Below are positions 24,580 through 36,614 of a stretch of DNA of 64,000 nt, piece after piece. Below the pieces are notes generated by a model. It was not told where the DNA came from. It did no database searches and saw nothing but the letters and a program-made list of their open reading frames with translations. Within the stretch, counting starts at the first letter, position 1. Each line of letters starts with the position of its first letter. The position numbers were made by a program, and so were the translations under genes. Source of the stretch: Mytilus californianus (lineage: Eukaryota); the NCBI RefSeq assembly GCF_021869535.1, contig NW_026262690.1:80538001-80602000 (forward strand), read 5' to 3'.

Positions 24580-25052
24580 GATATAATTTAATGATTTCAA
24601 GATCACAAAGTATATTACCAGTGAAACAATTATCAGACGAACAAGCGTACGATTTAGGAACCAAAATAGTTGGTGAAACATTAGTATATGCAATTTCTGC
24701 TGGACTTCTGTTAGCTGAATACAGGAGGTCTTCAAAAACTGATCAAATCAAGGAAGAAAAGAGAAATGTTGACATAGCAACACTTCAAAGAAAAACACAT
24801 GAACATGGAATGACTACAGAAGAACAAGACACTCAAATTAAAGAACTGAAGAGAAAAATAATTGATTTAGAGGAAAAATACAAGTTTAGCAGGCAGATTG
24901 TCTTCCTCTCTTTAATCAGTGTAATGTATAATGTAAGAAACTGCTTTTATACTAAACTAATTGTAAATGTCATTATTTTGTGCCTACAAAGTTTTCTTAT
25001 ATCAGTGTCTAAACAACATGGAATGAAATATCAATATCACATCACTAAATAG
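24580..25052 (+). CDS. OPA3: OPA3-like protein B, exon 2 (237 aa spliced if read to the stop at 25052; 3' end uncertain)
   Basis: Acceptor ttttttcAG at 24578-24579; A|GA completes Arg, then YNLMISRSQSILPVKQLSDEQAYDLGTKIVGETLVYAISAGLLLAEYRRS..KEEKR, coiled coil. Confidence 0.8.
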
Positions 25053-28000
25053 GTTATGGAATCGCTGCAGGCATTTTGTTATTTGAATACAACAGGCCTC
25101 CAAAATATGATTTGATCAAAGTAGTAGTGACACAAATTGTGAAATAGCACTGCTTCAAAGACAAAAACAAGAATATGTAATTATAACAGAACAACAAGAA
25201 ACAGAAATTAATGAATTGAGAATGAAAATGTTTTATTGAGATGAAAGAATTTTTTTACAAAGAAAAATGTTTTCATCTCTAAAATTAGAATATTGTGTGA
25301 TACAATATTACTCATTTATATTTTTTTGGGCCTGACTTAACCTTACACATATTACATGTACGAGTGTTAAGATGATATAGAATCAAATTATTAAATAACC
25401 TACCTTTCAAAATAGAATAAAAAAGATATATTATTGTGTAATCTATGACCAGAAGTGTGTTATTCAGATCATTTTAAATATGGGAATAAAGCAATGAAAT
25501 TTAAGCAAAATGTCCGCAATTTTGTGAGGATAAAGCATTTTGATATTGAGGTTCTATAAAGTAAATGTAATAGACATGAGAAACAAAGAAGTATTTTAAC
25601 TGAAGTTTACATCAATTAATTTTATAATATTTTTTAAAGATTTAAATCTAGAAATATTTATGTATGAAAATAATGCAAAACCAAAATAATTTATACAATT
25701 TCTTTATATATTACTAGTAGTCTCATGCTATAATGATTTTTCATCATTTTAGGTTGCAAATTTCTGCAAAAAATGTTTTTTTTTATATATAGCTATGAGC
25801 TTTACAAATGTATTTGAATGTTTTACTGCCATTTTTAATGGATGTTAGTGATGAAATCTGTCTGTATTTTCTGACAATTTTCTAGTCTTTCGACTTGTTG
25901 AAAGGGTATATTTGAACCACAATACTTTTGTTTGATCATAAGAAAATTTAAATCGTACATGTGTACGCAATGTGGAGTCTGAAATTATATTCTGGTGACT
26001 TCTTTTTTTGTTAACGAAGGAATATCCATGGGTTATCTCCTTGTATCTAGGATTGATAGGGAAGATAACTCTATTATTATTCTTACACAAATGTTCATAG
26101 ACATTCATTGATCATAAATCTTGATACATGTATGTTTTACACTTTTGTTTTGCCACCGTTATGAACTGAAATTTATTTGAAATTTTAACAACTACATATG
26201 AAAACTAATTATAATTCTTAATAAGCACCTTTTATCTGTAATATAAAATAATGTCTCCCATGAAAAAATGTTCGCGGACACTATTTCATCATGAAATACG
26301 GTAAAGGACAGTATTTCACTATAAAATAGTGTCCTTGTCCATGAAATTGTATCACCTCCTTCTTGACAATATTTCACTATAAAATTCTGTCCATGATAGT
26401 ATTTCACTGTGAAACACTGTCCTTGAAAAATATTTCTTAATCCAATTATGTCTTTCCTAACAGGAAATTGTGAGTGTTTTTAATATTTTATTTGAAAAGT
26501 ATGTGTGTATTCCATAATTATTTTATAAAATATTTATGCAAGGTTTGTTTGTTATTTTCAATCAAATAAAACACCTTAAGGTTCCACTAAAGTCAAAATA
26601 TAGGACACTTCATAAACATCGAAACTTTGCCTGTATTTTTCAACCTATAATGAGTAAAGTCCTAAACTATGAGAACATATGTTCATTTAAACATCCTTAA
26701 CATATACACACTGTGTAAATTGTAAATAAACTTGAAATTGTTATGTTGTAGCCAAACCGGTTCTTGGGGTGAACACTAAATTTTCCAAAAAATCTGGAGG
26801 CCTGCGAGACGACTTAATTTGCTTAAAATTGGTATGGACGAATACTGTTACATGTAATATCATTATCCAAAATAACAAATGTTTATATTCTCCTTTTCAT
26901 GAGACAAATTTCATGACAATCCATCTATGAAATATTGTCTTTATATATGTGACAGTAAATTTGTAAAATCAGGGATTATGCATAATCACTAAAATCATAA
27001 GTGGTTAAATATAATCCCTGAAAATGACCAGTGAATTTACATAATCACTGAAAATATCAAGAATTATTTTACAAATTCCCTGTAATATTTTCAGGGATTA
27101 TCAATAATACAAAGATTCTCTGTTTGGTACAAATAAATCATATGTATCACCTCTTTATTGTTTAAGTGGACAGTTCTCATTCCTTGTCCATTTATCAATC
27201 TTATTAAAATGAACATCTTTTCTGAGAATATTCTATTCAACTGTGTTAAACCACATTAACTCATAAACAAATAAGCTTTCTAAGTTGAAATTAATAACAC
27301 CAGCATAAATGCACAGATCATGTAACTTGCCGTACAACAAATGGATTGAGAGTTTGAGAACAAGGAATTCGAATTAAGCAAAGAAATGCATCTAAACGTC
27401 CAGACACACAAACAAAACACATGCTTGACAGATTGAAGACGATTGTGGAGGAGGCTGATATACCGATTCCGTATGTTGATCTTGAAAAGGGAGACCCAAA
27501 AAACATAATGGCCATCGTTCATAAAAGGGCTGAAAAGGATATTGCCTGACTACGAAACATGAAATTATGCTTAGATAATACACAAGGAATCAATTTGAGA
27601 TGTCTGATTGACCTTTTTAGCACCTTCAGATGTTTCTAATGAACCCTTTATTTTTCATCAAAGTGCAGTAAAATCAGATTCAATATGTGAAGGTTAAGGG
27701 TTTTTTTAGGGGGTGGGGGTTTGCCAAAAAAAAAGGATAAGCAGAGCAAATTTTCAATAGTAAAGAGTCGGGATGGGGTTTACCAAATAGAAAATAATAG
27801 GCAAACAATAGAATAAAGGGCTAAAAAATTAAGAATAGACAAAAATAGACCGAAAAAATAAGAATATAGAATAATAGTGTGCTAAAATATACATAATAGA
27901 GAATAATGAGCAAAATAAATATAGCTTAGAGAAAAAGAAAAAAATATCTAAACAATACAAGAATAAACAAATAAGAGATCCCCATCCAGACCCTCGTAGT

Positions 28001-29419
28001 AGATGTCATTTATATTTACAATGTAGTTAGTAAGAATAAATGATTTGTATTAGAATATTGTATAATGTGCTTAAGATTGTAATATTTATGTTTCTAAAGA
28101 TGTTTAGTTTAAATTTTATAGAATAAATTGTTTTACTTTTATTCATTTTGTCTTCATTCCAGTTATTATGTGCAATCCCTGACATTTTTTCTAGTGATTG
28201 TGCATAATTCCTGAAAATTTTAGTAATTATATATAAACACTGAAGTTACCAATGATTATACATTATGGACATAATTTATATGGAAAGTTGTCCTTCTTTG
28301 GACAGTATTTCATAGTTGAGAACAAGATTTCATGATGGAAAGTCATGAAATATTGTTTTGGGGGACAATGTTGCATAGGTCAATATTTTGCTTTACACAT
28401 CTACATCACTTTAGAGGATTGAGTTGAGTTGGTTTTAATTTTCAAATAAAAATGGGATTCAAAATAATCCAAAATTGTAATTTTCTATCATTTCTTTTAG
28501 GTATTTTCAAGCAATATATTGATGCAGGTTTTCATTTAATTTCCTGGATTCTTTTGACTGGTTTACTGTAGCTCTTACTGTTCTTGAGATAAAAGATGCT
28601 AAAAAGGTACACTATGAAATATTTTCAGTCTGTTTGTGTTACTTGCAGGGATATGAAAACAGGCAAGAGATAGCTATAGCGATCCTACATTCCTACATTG
28701 GCATTGTCAATATTAAAGTTCAGTCTGTCGTAAAAGTTATGCTCTTCAACTTTGTACTTGTGTTGGGCATTGAGTTATATTGATTGTAAAAAAATAAGTA
28801 TTAAGTAAAATAAAGAAAGGCGAATGTTAACGTAAATAAATGAAAAAATGCTTAGGATTGATGCCAACAAATACTGAATACTCAAACATTTACTTGCCAC
28901 TCCACTGGGTCCGTATACACTACATATTGCAATTTTACTTGCAAAACCAATGTTGTATACCTCCTTCAGTGTCGATGTGGCATGCAGTATGTTGGCAAGA
29001 CAGAACACCCATTCAACAAACGCATAAATGGTACACCTGCAAGCCCGACCTCCCCGTAAGTCGTCATTTGAGATCACCTGTGCAACCCCAAGCTGATCTC
29101 AAAAACCTTACCATCACTATCATAGACCACAACGAGGGTTGGTCAAGGACCGACAGACTTGCTCGGGAAAGTTTTTGGATAAGAAAGTTGAGGACAGTTT
29201 CCCCAGAGGGCAGTTATGGAAAACCATAAAATGAATCCCTACCATCATTTGTTTCCTGTAACTCAGGCTTCAGTAAAGGACTCACACAGTTTTAAGGAAT
29301 TTATTCCTCCTACCAAACATCAAATTTGAAAAAATTTACCAGCGTATTGATTCGTGATAATTTGTATGGTGTTCAAGATCATTATTTCAGTTCAACTACC
29401 ACATGTCAAATCATTTGAC

Positions 29420-29470
29420 ATCTTACTGATGAAGGATATTAGTTATCCGAAATATTAAATATTTGTTCAT
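29420..29470 (+). ncRNA. Candidate minimal hammerhead ribozyme in the Penelope-like 3' region
   Basis: CTGATGA-A-GGATA-TTAGT-TATCC-GAAA-TATTAAATAT; stem II clear, stem I weak. Confidence 0.45.
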
Positions 29471-29518
29471 GATTTTACTATTTTTTTGGTGATGTTGTAC
29501 CCTTTTAGACTTGCTTAT

Positions 29519-29551
<33 letters not shown>

Positions 29552-29560
29552 TTATATATA
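29519..29560. repeat. (TA)n microsatellite
   Basis: Directly visible. Confidence 0.9.
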
Positions 29561-29701
29561 TGCAAAGATTCTTCATCCTAAGCATTTTTTTCATTTATTT
29601 ACGTTAACATTCGCCTTTCTTTATTTTACTAAATACTTATTTTTTACAATCAATATAACTCTTTAACACTGACAGCACTAAGACGTCATTGCAGCACACC
29701 G

Positions 29702-29914
29702 TGTATTCCGATCTGAAATTTGCAGAGGGATTCGAATCCCGAGCAGCAATTAATGAAAAGTTTGTAACGGTGGGGAAGTAAATTCTGGATAAAATTCCCA
29801 CGGAGCCAAATTCCTCCATGGGAATCCGATCCAGGTTTTACCTTCCATTGCTACAGACTTTTCATTAATTGCTCCTTAGGATTCAGATCCTTCTGTGGTT
29901 TCGGATTCTAATAC
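29702..29914. repeat. Imperfect palindrome / long hairpin of about 210 nt
   Basis: Arms 29702-29805 and 29814-29914 are reverse-complementary around loop ccaaattc. Confidence 0.75.
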
Positions 29915-30414
29915 CCTGTGTGAAGGCAATACACAAGGTCTTCTGTGTAATCTCTTCTCGTTTATAGTTAAGTTACTTATGAAAATAACCTACTACTCTT
30001 ATTCTATAACATTTTACATAGATTTTTTTCCCATTTTCTGGTTGATAGGGACTTCATTTTATTTCATGTTACTGTGTCAAGTACAATAGTGTGTTCAAAC
30101 TCATATTTAATGTACACTTGTTAAGCTTTCCTATATAGATTTGCCAGCATTACATATAGTCATTTTTTTATTTCAGGGTAAACAAATAATTATTTCATAC
30201 CAAAAATTTTATTCAACCTAGATATGAGCTATTAGTTTTCACGTTTAAGTTCAAAGGGTCTGAAATTAAACTTAGTTTAATTTTAACAAAAATTGAATTC
30301 AAGGGGTTCTTTGATATGCTGAATCTAAACATGTAATTAGATTATTTATTTTGGCCCAGTTTTTAAGTTGGTCGAAATCGGTGTCCAAATTAAAGTTTTT
30401 GTTTGATTTTAAAA

Positions 30415-31135
30415 AACAGGAGTGCACACACTGAAATATCTCGCCTGCTTTACTGACCAATGATTTTATGTTAAAGTTTTACTACGAGTTTCACATAAAC
30501 TTAACATGATCCAAGGAAATGAGATCAAGGTCAGATAAACCAAGCCAGAAATACATATACACCTTACAATCATTCCATACACCGAATATAGTTGACTAAT
30601 TGCTCATAGTATACAAGAAACAGACCAAACCATGAAAACTTCATATTGAACAAATTACCATGAAAGTGAGGCCAAGGTCAGATGAACCATGCCAGACAGA
30701 CATGTACATCCCTTCAATAATTCTATGCATCAAATAAAGTTGACCTATTGTATATAGTATCTAAGAAACAAATTTAATCAGGAAAACTTAACATTGACCA
30801 ACGAACCATGAAAATGAGGTCAAGGGTCAATCATACCTGCCAGACAGACATATACACCTTACAATCATTTCATATACCAAAGATAGTAGACCTATGGCTT
30901 AAAGTATCTGAGATATGGACCTGACCACGAAAACTTAAACCTGTTCACGGATCTATGAAATGAGGTCGAGTTCATAAGAAAACTGTCTGACAGACTTGAG
31001 GACCTTGCAAGGTACGCACATACCTATTAAAGTTATCATATTACTCATAATAAGAGAGAAATTAACATTACAAAAAATCTTTATTTTTTTTTTCAAGTAG
31101 TCACTAAACCATGAAAATGAGGTCAAGGACAATGT
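30415..31135 (-). mobile_element. Truncated HINE-like element with about 5 tandem units of 143-150 bp
   Basis: aacaggagtgcacacactgaaatatctcgcctg terminus; units containing (c)atgaaa.tgagg.caagg near 30525, 30668, 30817, 30962, 31119. Confidence 0.65.
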
Positions 31136-32577
31136 ATTTCCATTTATAATGAAATTGGATACACTGTACCAAGGTAAATAATTGCCCAATTTGGTCAGAT
31201 TGTTTTAATCATATGCATTTGCTTTGCAAATGAATGTTTTTCATTGGATACTTTATACAGTTTTTCATAGTTATTATATTCTATGATAAATTGGAGTTCA
31301 AACTTATGTATCGTTACTTTTGTTAACTAGTATATATTAAGTGAGTTTATATACATAATATTTATGTTATATGAATTTAAGGCGCAATTACTATTAAGCC
31401 GCCTACCAAAACCAATAACAACAACAACAACAAAAATATATAAAATATATATGTTATATGTGAAGATGCTTTGGATTTGAAGCTTTTGAAGCTTTCCAAT
31501 AATGCACAATTTGTTTGTACCAGTTGTGTTTTGTTATTAGAACCTTCTGAAGGCTTTAGTGGGCTTTTGTAAACTAGTACATTAGTCAATAAGAACCTTC
31601 TGAAAGCAAAAGATAGGTGGGATCAATTGTTTTACATTTCTTAGATTGGTGCATTTTATGAGTTTGACTGCCCCTCTGGTATCTTTCGTCCCTCTTTTAC
31701 TGACACATCTATAACATTTTAAACTAAAAATAAGGATATTTTTTTCTATTTGAAAGCTGAAATACAAACTTGATCACATTTTCAACATACAGCTGGAAGA
31801 TTTAAAATATTTTATTAGATTATAGGAGGTAAAATTACAATATTTGGCATGTAGAATTTTTTGACAAGGAATTCATTTTTTCCCTGGTTTCAAACTCCCA
31901 AGAGGGTATAAAAAAATTATAAACAAAAATACCGAACTCTAATGTAAATTTAAAAAAAAAACGGGGAAGTCCATCAACCCTGAGAAGATAAAACGCTCGA
32001 CTATATGGTTTTATAGCTAGCTTAACCTTTTTTTCAATTAAGAACTTTAAAAACAAATATGATGGGAAAATATGATGGGAAAATGAAGTGAATGATTTAT
32101 ATTGCATACGATTTATAATATTTACAGTTGTGGGTGTCAACCATACCAGAGACATATATATACATATGTATATATGTCTATGACTATACCCACTTATGCA
32201 TGGAAACGGTCAAGGTAAGAGTCAAATGATGAAGAGCTGTTCAATATATTGAGTTTTGTCCCTTTGAATTTAAAATAAATCACTCTTGCTTGCATCCTTT
32301 ATGACTACCATTTATAGAAAGGAGTAGATACGGTTATGTCATGGTGTTGTCAGTTTGTCTTCAACATAGGAGTTTGACTGTCCCTTTGCTACATGTATCT
32401 TCTGCCTGAAAATTAGATGTTACAAAATTTTGGAAATTATCTTAGTTAAAGAATATATCTCCCTCATGTAATGCTCCTATTCCTTGTCCAGCTTCGGCTA
32501 TACTTTTTGTGCATTTTGGTTTTGCCAGGTCTTTAATTTTTTTATAAATTTTGAATTTTCAAATATTTTGTCCTCGA

Positions 32578-32621
32578 GCATCACCGAAGAGACTGTGACT
32601 GTCGAAATGTGTATCTGATGC
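32578..32621 (+). ncRNA. Hammerhead ribozyme variant with a core substitution, same family as 6153
   Basis: GCATCA-CCGAAGA-GAC-TGTGACT-GTC-GAAA-TGTGTA-TC-TGATGC; U4 replaced by C. Confidence 0.55.
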
Positions 32622-33020
32622 AGTAGAACTGGTACCTTTATTGTCATTAATACCACTGGGTCGATTCCCCAGTCTAATAGCCAGTACTTTGGTACGAGCG
32701 TGACCTTACGGATGTTGTATTATTGAAATTGATCTGGTGCAGTAATATTGGTACCATTAATGTTATGACATTGTAGAAGATACATTGTATTGAAATATAC
32801 TTTTGAATAGAAACAGTTTTGTAGCCTAGTTGAGGTTGTTAAAAATCTGTTTCAAAAGCATCACGATAAAAAGTAATTAACCCTATTGAATTACAAATGA
32901 AGTGTTGTCATGCAATATAAATGAAAATTAGTTAGTGTCAGCATTTCCATTAGTTCAATCATTAAAGGAGTTGTGTGTTTCCATGTATGAACAGTGTTAC
33001 TCACCCTGAAAAGAAAGAAA

Positions 33021-33093
33021 ATGATGTTTACTTTTGGACTTGCTTTCTTTCAACTGATGATTATGGCTACAGCCGACTGCAGTCCAAAACTTG
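33021..33093 (+). CDS. C1q-domain-containing gene, exon 1 (signal peptide)
   Basis: MMFTFGLAFFQLMIMATADCSPKL, hydrophobic leader ending A-T-A; phase-1 GTAGGT donor at 33094. Confidence 0.7.
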
Positions 33094-33660
33094 GTAGGTT
33101 TAAAAGGCTATGTTTCACCTGATACCATGATCTCTATGCGCTATGGGACCATGCAACTTCTTTTTGAGTGGTCGTTGATTCCTTAATGACTTGTTTAAAA
33201 AGAAAATTTCTGTCCCTTTTTTTAACTCATTTAGAAGCTTTGGGTCCTGAATGCTCTTCAACTTTGTTCTTTGTTAATGAGAGCGCCACTGTTGAGTCTT
33301 TTGTAGACGATACGCGCGTCTGACGTACAAAATTTCAATATATGATGAGTTTATATACCAGTTGCAGTCCAAATTTTCTACCCTTCATTGTGGTAAACCA
33401 TACCACAATGAAGGGCTATTGTTGATGTGTTCTATTTCTAAACCATGCATGACATATTTGCCACTGGACCTGAACAACATCCAATCAGTTTATCAATGTA
33501 ATTGGGTGTTTTATATAGAAAGCACATCATAATGATTATAATAGCACTACTTCTAAGAAGTTGTATTGATAAAATGAAATTTGCTTTATGAAAGAATTCA
33601 CCTTTTCAATTCATGATTGTCAATGAATAGTATTTATTTATTGTAAACTTTTTTATGCAG

Positions 33661-33714
33661 ATAATGCAGTAATTGAAGACCTTTTGACGATGCTTGTAAA
33701 ATATAAAAGATCTG
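33661..33714 (+). CDS. C1q-domain-containing gene, exon 2 (short helical segment)
   Basis: tttttatgcAG acceptor at 33660; (D)NAVIEDLLTMLVKYKRS; phase-1 GTAAGT donor at 33715. Confidence 0.7.
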
Positions 33715-34931
33715 GTAAGTTACTTAAACGATTAATTTACATGAGCTGGCCTTAAGTAAAGAAAAGGATGCAGATTTTTAAAATTTTACGGAATTTGAAA
33801 ACAAGCAGTACTTGCTTTTGTGTTATTTCACTTTCATTCATACCCTGTAATACTCAAAGTAAATTTAAAGTAAGTTTACTCTTTATATATGAATATTGTA
33901 CAGGCATGATTTTAATGATGAATTTTGTCTGAATATGATTAGGTTTGGAATAAGATGTACTGGTGGGGTCTTTTTGTTGTTGGTTCTTTTAAAACATTTT
34001 ATATTATCAGTTTGGTAGATTTTTAGGGACTTTTCGGAGTTGATGCTTTTGAGCATTTTTTATCAACAGTCTGGTAGGTTTATTGTTCAGCCTTATTAAT
34101 TCATAACAAATTATCATAACTTACTTATTACTAGAAAATATCCCAATTTAGACTGATGCTAAATTCAGAGGAATAAATACAGTCAAATTAGAAAATTCAA
34201 TCAATTACTACAATGGAAGAAATTATTAAATTTTCATCAAGTTGGAAATAAGAAATTTACAACATGTGAAATTATTGATTTTCATGGTACTTGCTGTATT
34301 TAATTATTTGTAATATTTTTTTAAGAAGAAAAAAAGGCGTTACTTGTTTTGGTTACAGTTAGAAACAGTATATGTGTTAATCAACATATGTGAATAAGTC
34401 ATTACAGCTAACAGGAAAAATAAATATGCTAGAACAAGACTTTTGGATATGAAACTGTCATTAGCAGCGTCTATTTTGTTTTAAGAATGATCAGCACAAT
34501 TTTACAAAAGCAATGTATGCAAATGACCTGAAATGATCATACTAACCGTCATCCGTAGCATTATAATCTAACAGCCCATAGAGTTCATTCTGTGTAATTT
34601 ATAATTTTATATTAACAAAAGTTGATAGCACATGTTAGTGATATGTTTTGTTGAGTAAAAGGTTCCTTTAAAAAATCTACAGGATTAATGACACTTTTCA
34701 TGCTGTCAATAGGGTTAATTGAAGAGTAATGAAAAGGATATTCCCCATTACCCCTCCTGGAAAAATCTCTCGCAACTCTTCTTAATCGATTTATGAGATT
34801 TGAACATCGTAAAACTACTGTCACCTTAATGCGCACTCATGAATTATGGTCTTTTAAGACATGTGAAATGTAATTTTCACAAAAGTAGTGTATAAAAACT
34901 TTGGTGTTAAATCTTGATTTCTATATTCCAG

Positions 34932-35342
34932 TAGATTTAAGAAACACCAGAAATTGGAGAGATCTTCCTGCCTTTACTGCATCCTTATCATATACCAAGA
35001 ATATTAATGCCAAAGAAACTGTGAAGTTCGATAAAGTTTGGACAAACAATGGAAATCACTATGATCCTAACACGGGAATTTTCATAGCTCCAAGGGAAGG
35101 ACTGTATCATGTTTCTACTACAGTCATGTCAGTAGAAGGAAAAACGGTTTGCAGGCATTTGGCTGAATGAGACTAGGACAGTTGGTCTGTTTCCTGGTAC
35201 CGGCTATAGTGAAGCTACTGCTAACATTGTGTTACATCTAAGAAAAGGAGACAAAGTTACAGTGAGAGGTAGTGGTAATCATCCTTATCTTTACAGCAGT
35301 ACTAGCCACTACAGTATATTCTCTGCCTATCTTATAGCATAA
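34932..35342 (+). pseudogene. C1q-domain-containing gene, exon 3 (globular C1q) with one frameshift near 35140-35162
   Basis: PAFTASL..ETVKFDKVWTNNGNHYDPNTGIFIAPREGLYHVSTTVMS, then in another frame GIWLNETRTVG..YSEATANIVLHLRKGDKVTVR..YSIFSAYLIA*; AATAAA at 35341. Confidence 0.85.
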
Positions 35343-35444
35343 TAAAAACACACGAAATTAATCAAGTTTTACTTTCATAAAAAAAAAATAGAATTCTTTC
35401 TTTTGGTTTTATTTCTACAAAAATGTTCGAAATGGTGCATTTTT

Positions 35445-35900
35445 TTACCTGAGAGGTATCATCAGCTCAGTAGTCAGTACTTCGGTACTGTCATGACTTA
35501 TTGCAAACCTTTCTTTAATTGCCCGTTTTTAAATTTTTGAATTATTATGAAAATAAGTTTCAACTCCCTCAGGCAAAGTTGACTTTAGATGGATTTAGAT
35601 ATTACTTTACGTCCTTTTTGGTCATATAGCTCTTCACCTGTTTCGCTTCTTGTACATCCTTGGCTTTCAAAATACTCGGCTTTTCAGCGTTCCTGATGAA
35701 GGTAAATGTAGAAAAGTGCTACTGGCGTATCACATTTATAAGTGTTGTTTTCATTTTTTACAGTACAGGGTCGATACTGCTGCTGGTGGACTATCAATCC
35801 CCGGAGTTATCATCAACTCAGCAGTCAGTACTTCGGTAGTGACATGATTTATAGTAAACCTTTCTTAAATTGTGACATTTATAAAGTGCTGTTTTCATTT
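35445..35900 (+). mobile_element. Retrozyme-like repeat of the same family as 3288-3670 in opposite orientation, with degenerate hammerhead
   Basis: ggtatcatcagctcagtagtcagtacttcggtac..aaggtgtttcaactccc..gcgttcctgatgaaggtaaatgtagaaaagtgc; absent from copy 1 at position 85. Confidence 0.55.
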
Positions 35901-36600
35901 TTTGCACAGAGACATGCATATTGTTGAATATAAAAAAGGAGATGTAGTCTGATTGCCAATAAGACAACTATTAAACAGAGTGCAAATGAAGCACTTATAG
36001 GTAACCATACGGTCTTCAACATTGAGAATTAACAATACCGTATAGTGAGCTATGAAACTCTCCGTCATTACAAAATGTGAAACAATTCAATGGGAAGAAC
36101 CAGTGGCATGATCTATGACAAAAAAAATGTTTGTTATACCAAAAGACAAACAGCTACAAAAAAAAAACATAGAAAACAAAACACTGAGCAACAAGAACCT
36201 CTGGTGTACTATCAGTCCCCGGAGTTATCATCAGCTCAGCAGTCAGTACTTCGGTAGTGACATGATTTATAGTAAACCTTTCTTAAATTGTGACATTTAT
36301 AAAATGCTGCTTTCATTTTTTGCACAGAGACATGCATATTGTTGAAAATAAAAAAAAAGAGATGTAGTCTGATTGCCAATAAGACAACTATGAAACAGAG
36401 TGCAAAGGAAGCACTTATAGGTCACTGTACGGTCTTCAGCATTGAGAATTAATAATACCGTATAGTCAGCTATTAAAAAATGTGAAACAATTCAATCGGT
36501 TGAACCAACGACATGATCTATGACAAAACAATGTTTGTTATACCAAAATACAAACAGCTACAAAACACAACATAGAAAACAAAAGACTGAGCAACAACAA
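35781..36600. repeat. Local tandem duplication, 2 x about 420 bp
   Basis: Units begin ctggtg(g/t)actatca.tccccggagttatc at about 35782 and 36201 and stay near-identical. Confidence 0.85.
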
Positions 36601-36614
36601 CTTCACAAAAATCA

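Larger units (their letters stand above)
28860..29560 (+). mobile_element. Penelope-like element 3' fragment: GIY-YIG endonuclease and 3' region ending in (TA)n
   Basis: FTCKTNVVYLLQCRCGMQYVGKTEHPFNKRIN, frameshift, then HLRSP..LTITIIDHNEGWSRTDRLARESFWIRKLRTVSPEG. Confidence 0.8.
28772..29661. repeat. Near-perfect 87 bp inverted repeat flanking the GIY-YIG fragment
   Basis: 28772-28858 is the reverse complement of 29575-29661 with about 3 differences. Confidence 0.85.

Noticed and set aside
34901-34931. ORF-track start of the C1q exon
   Set aside because: This is the polypyrimidine tract and acceptor of intron 2, not a start.
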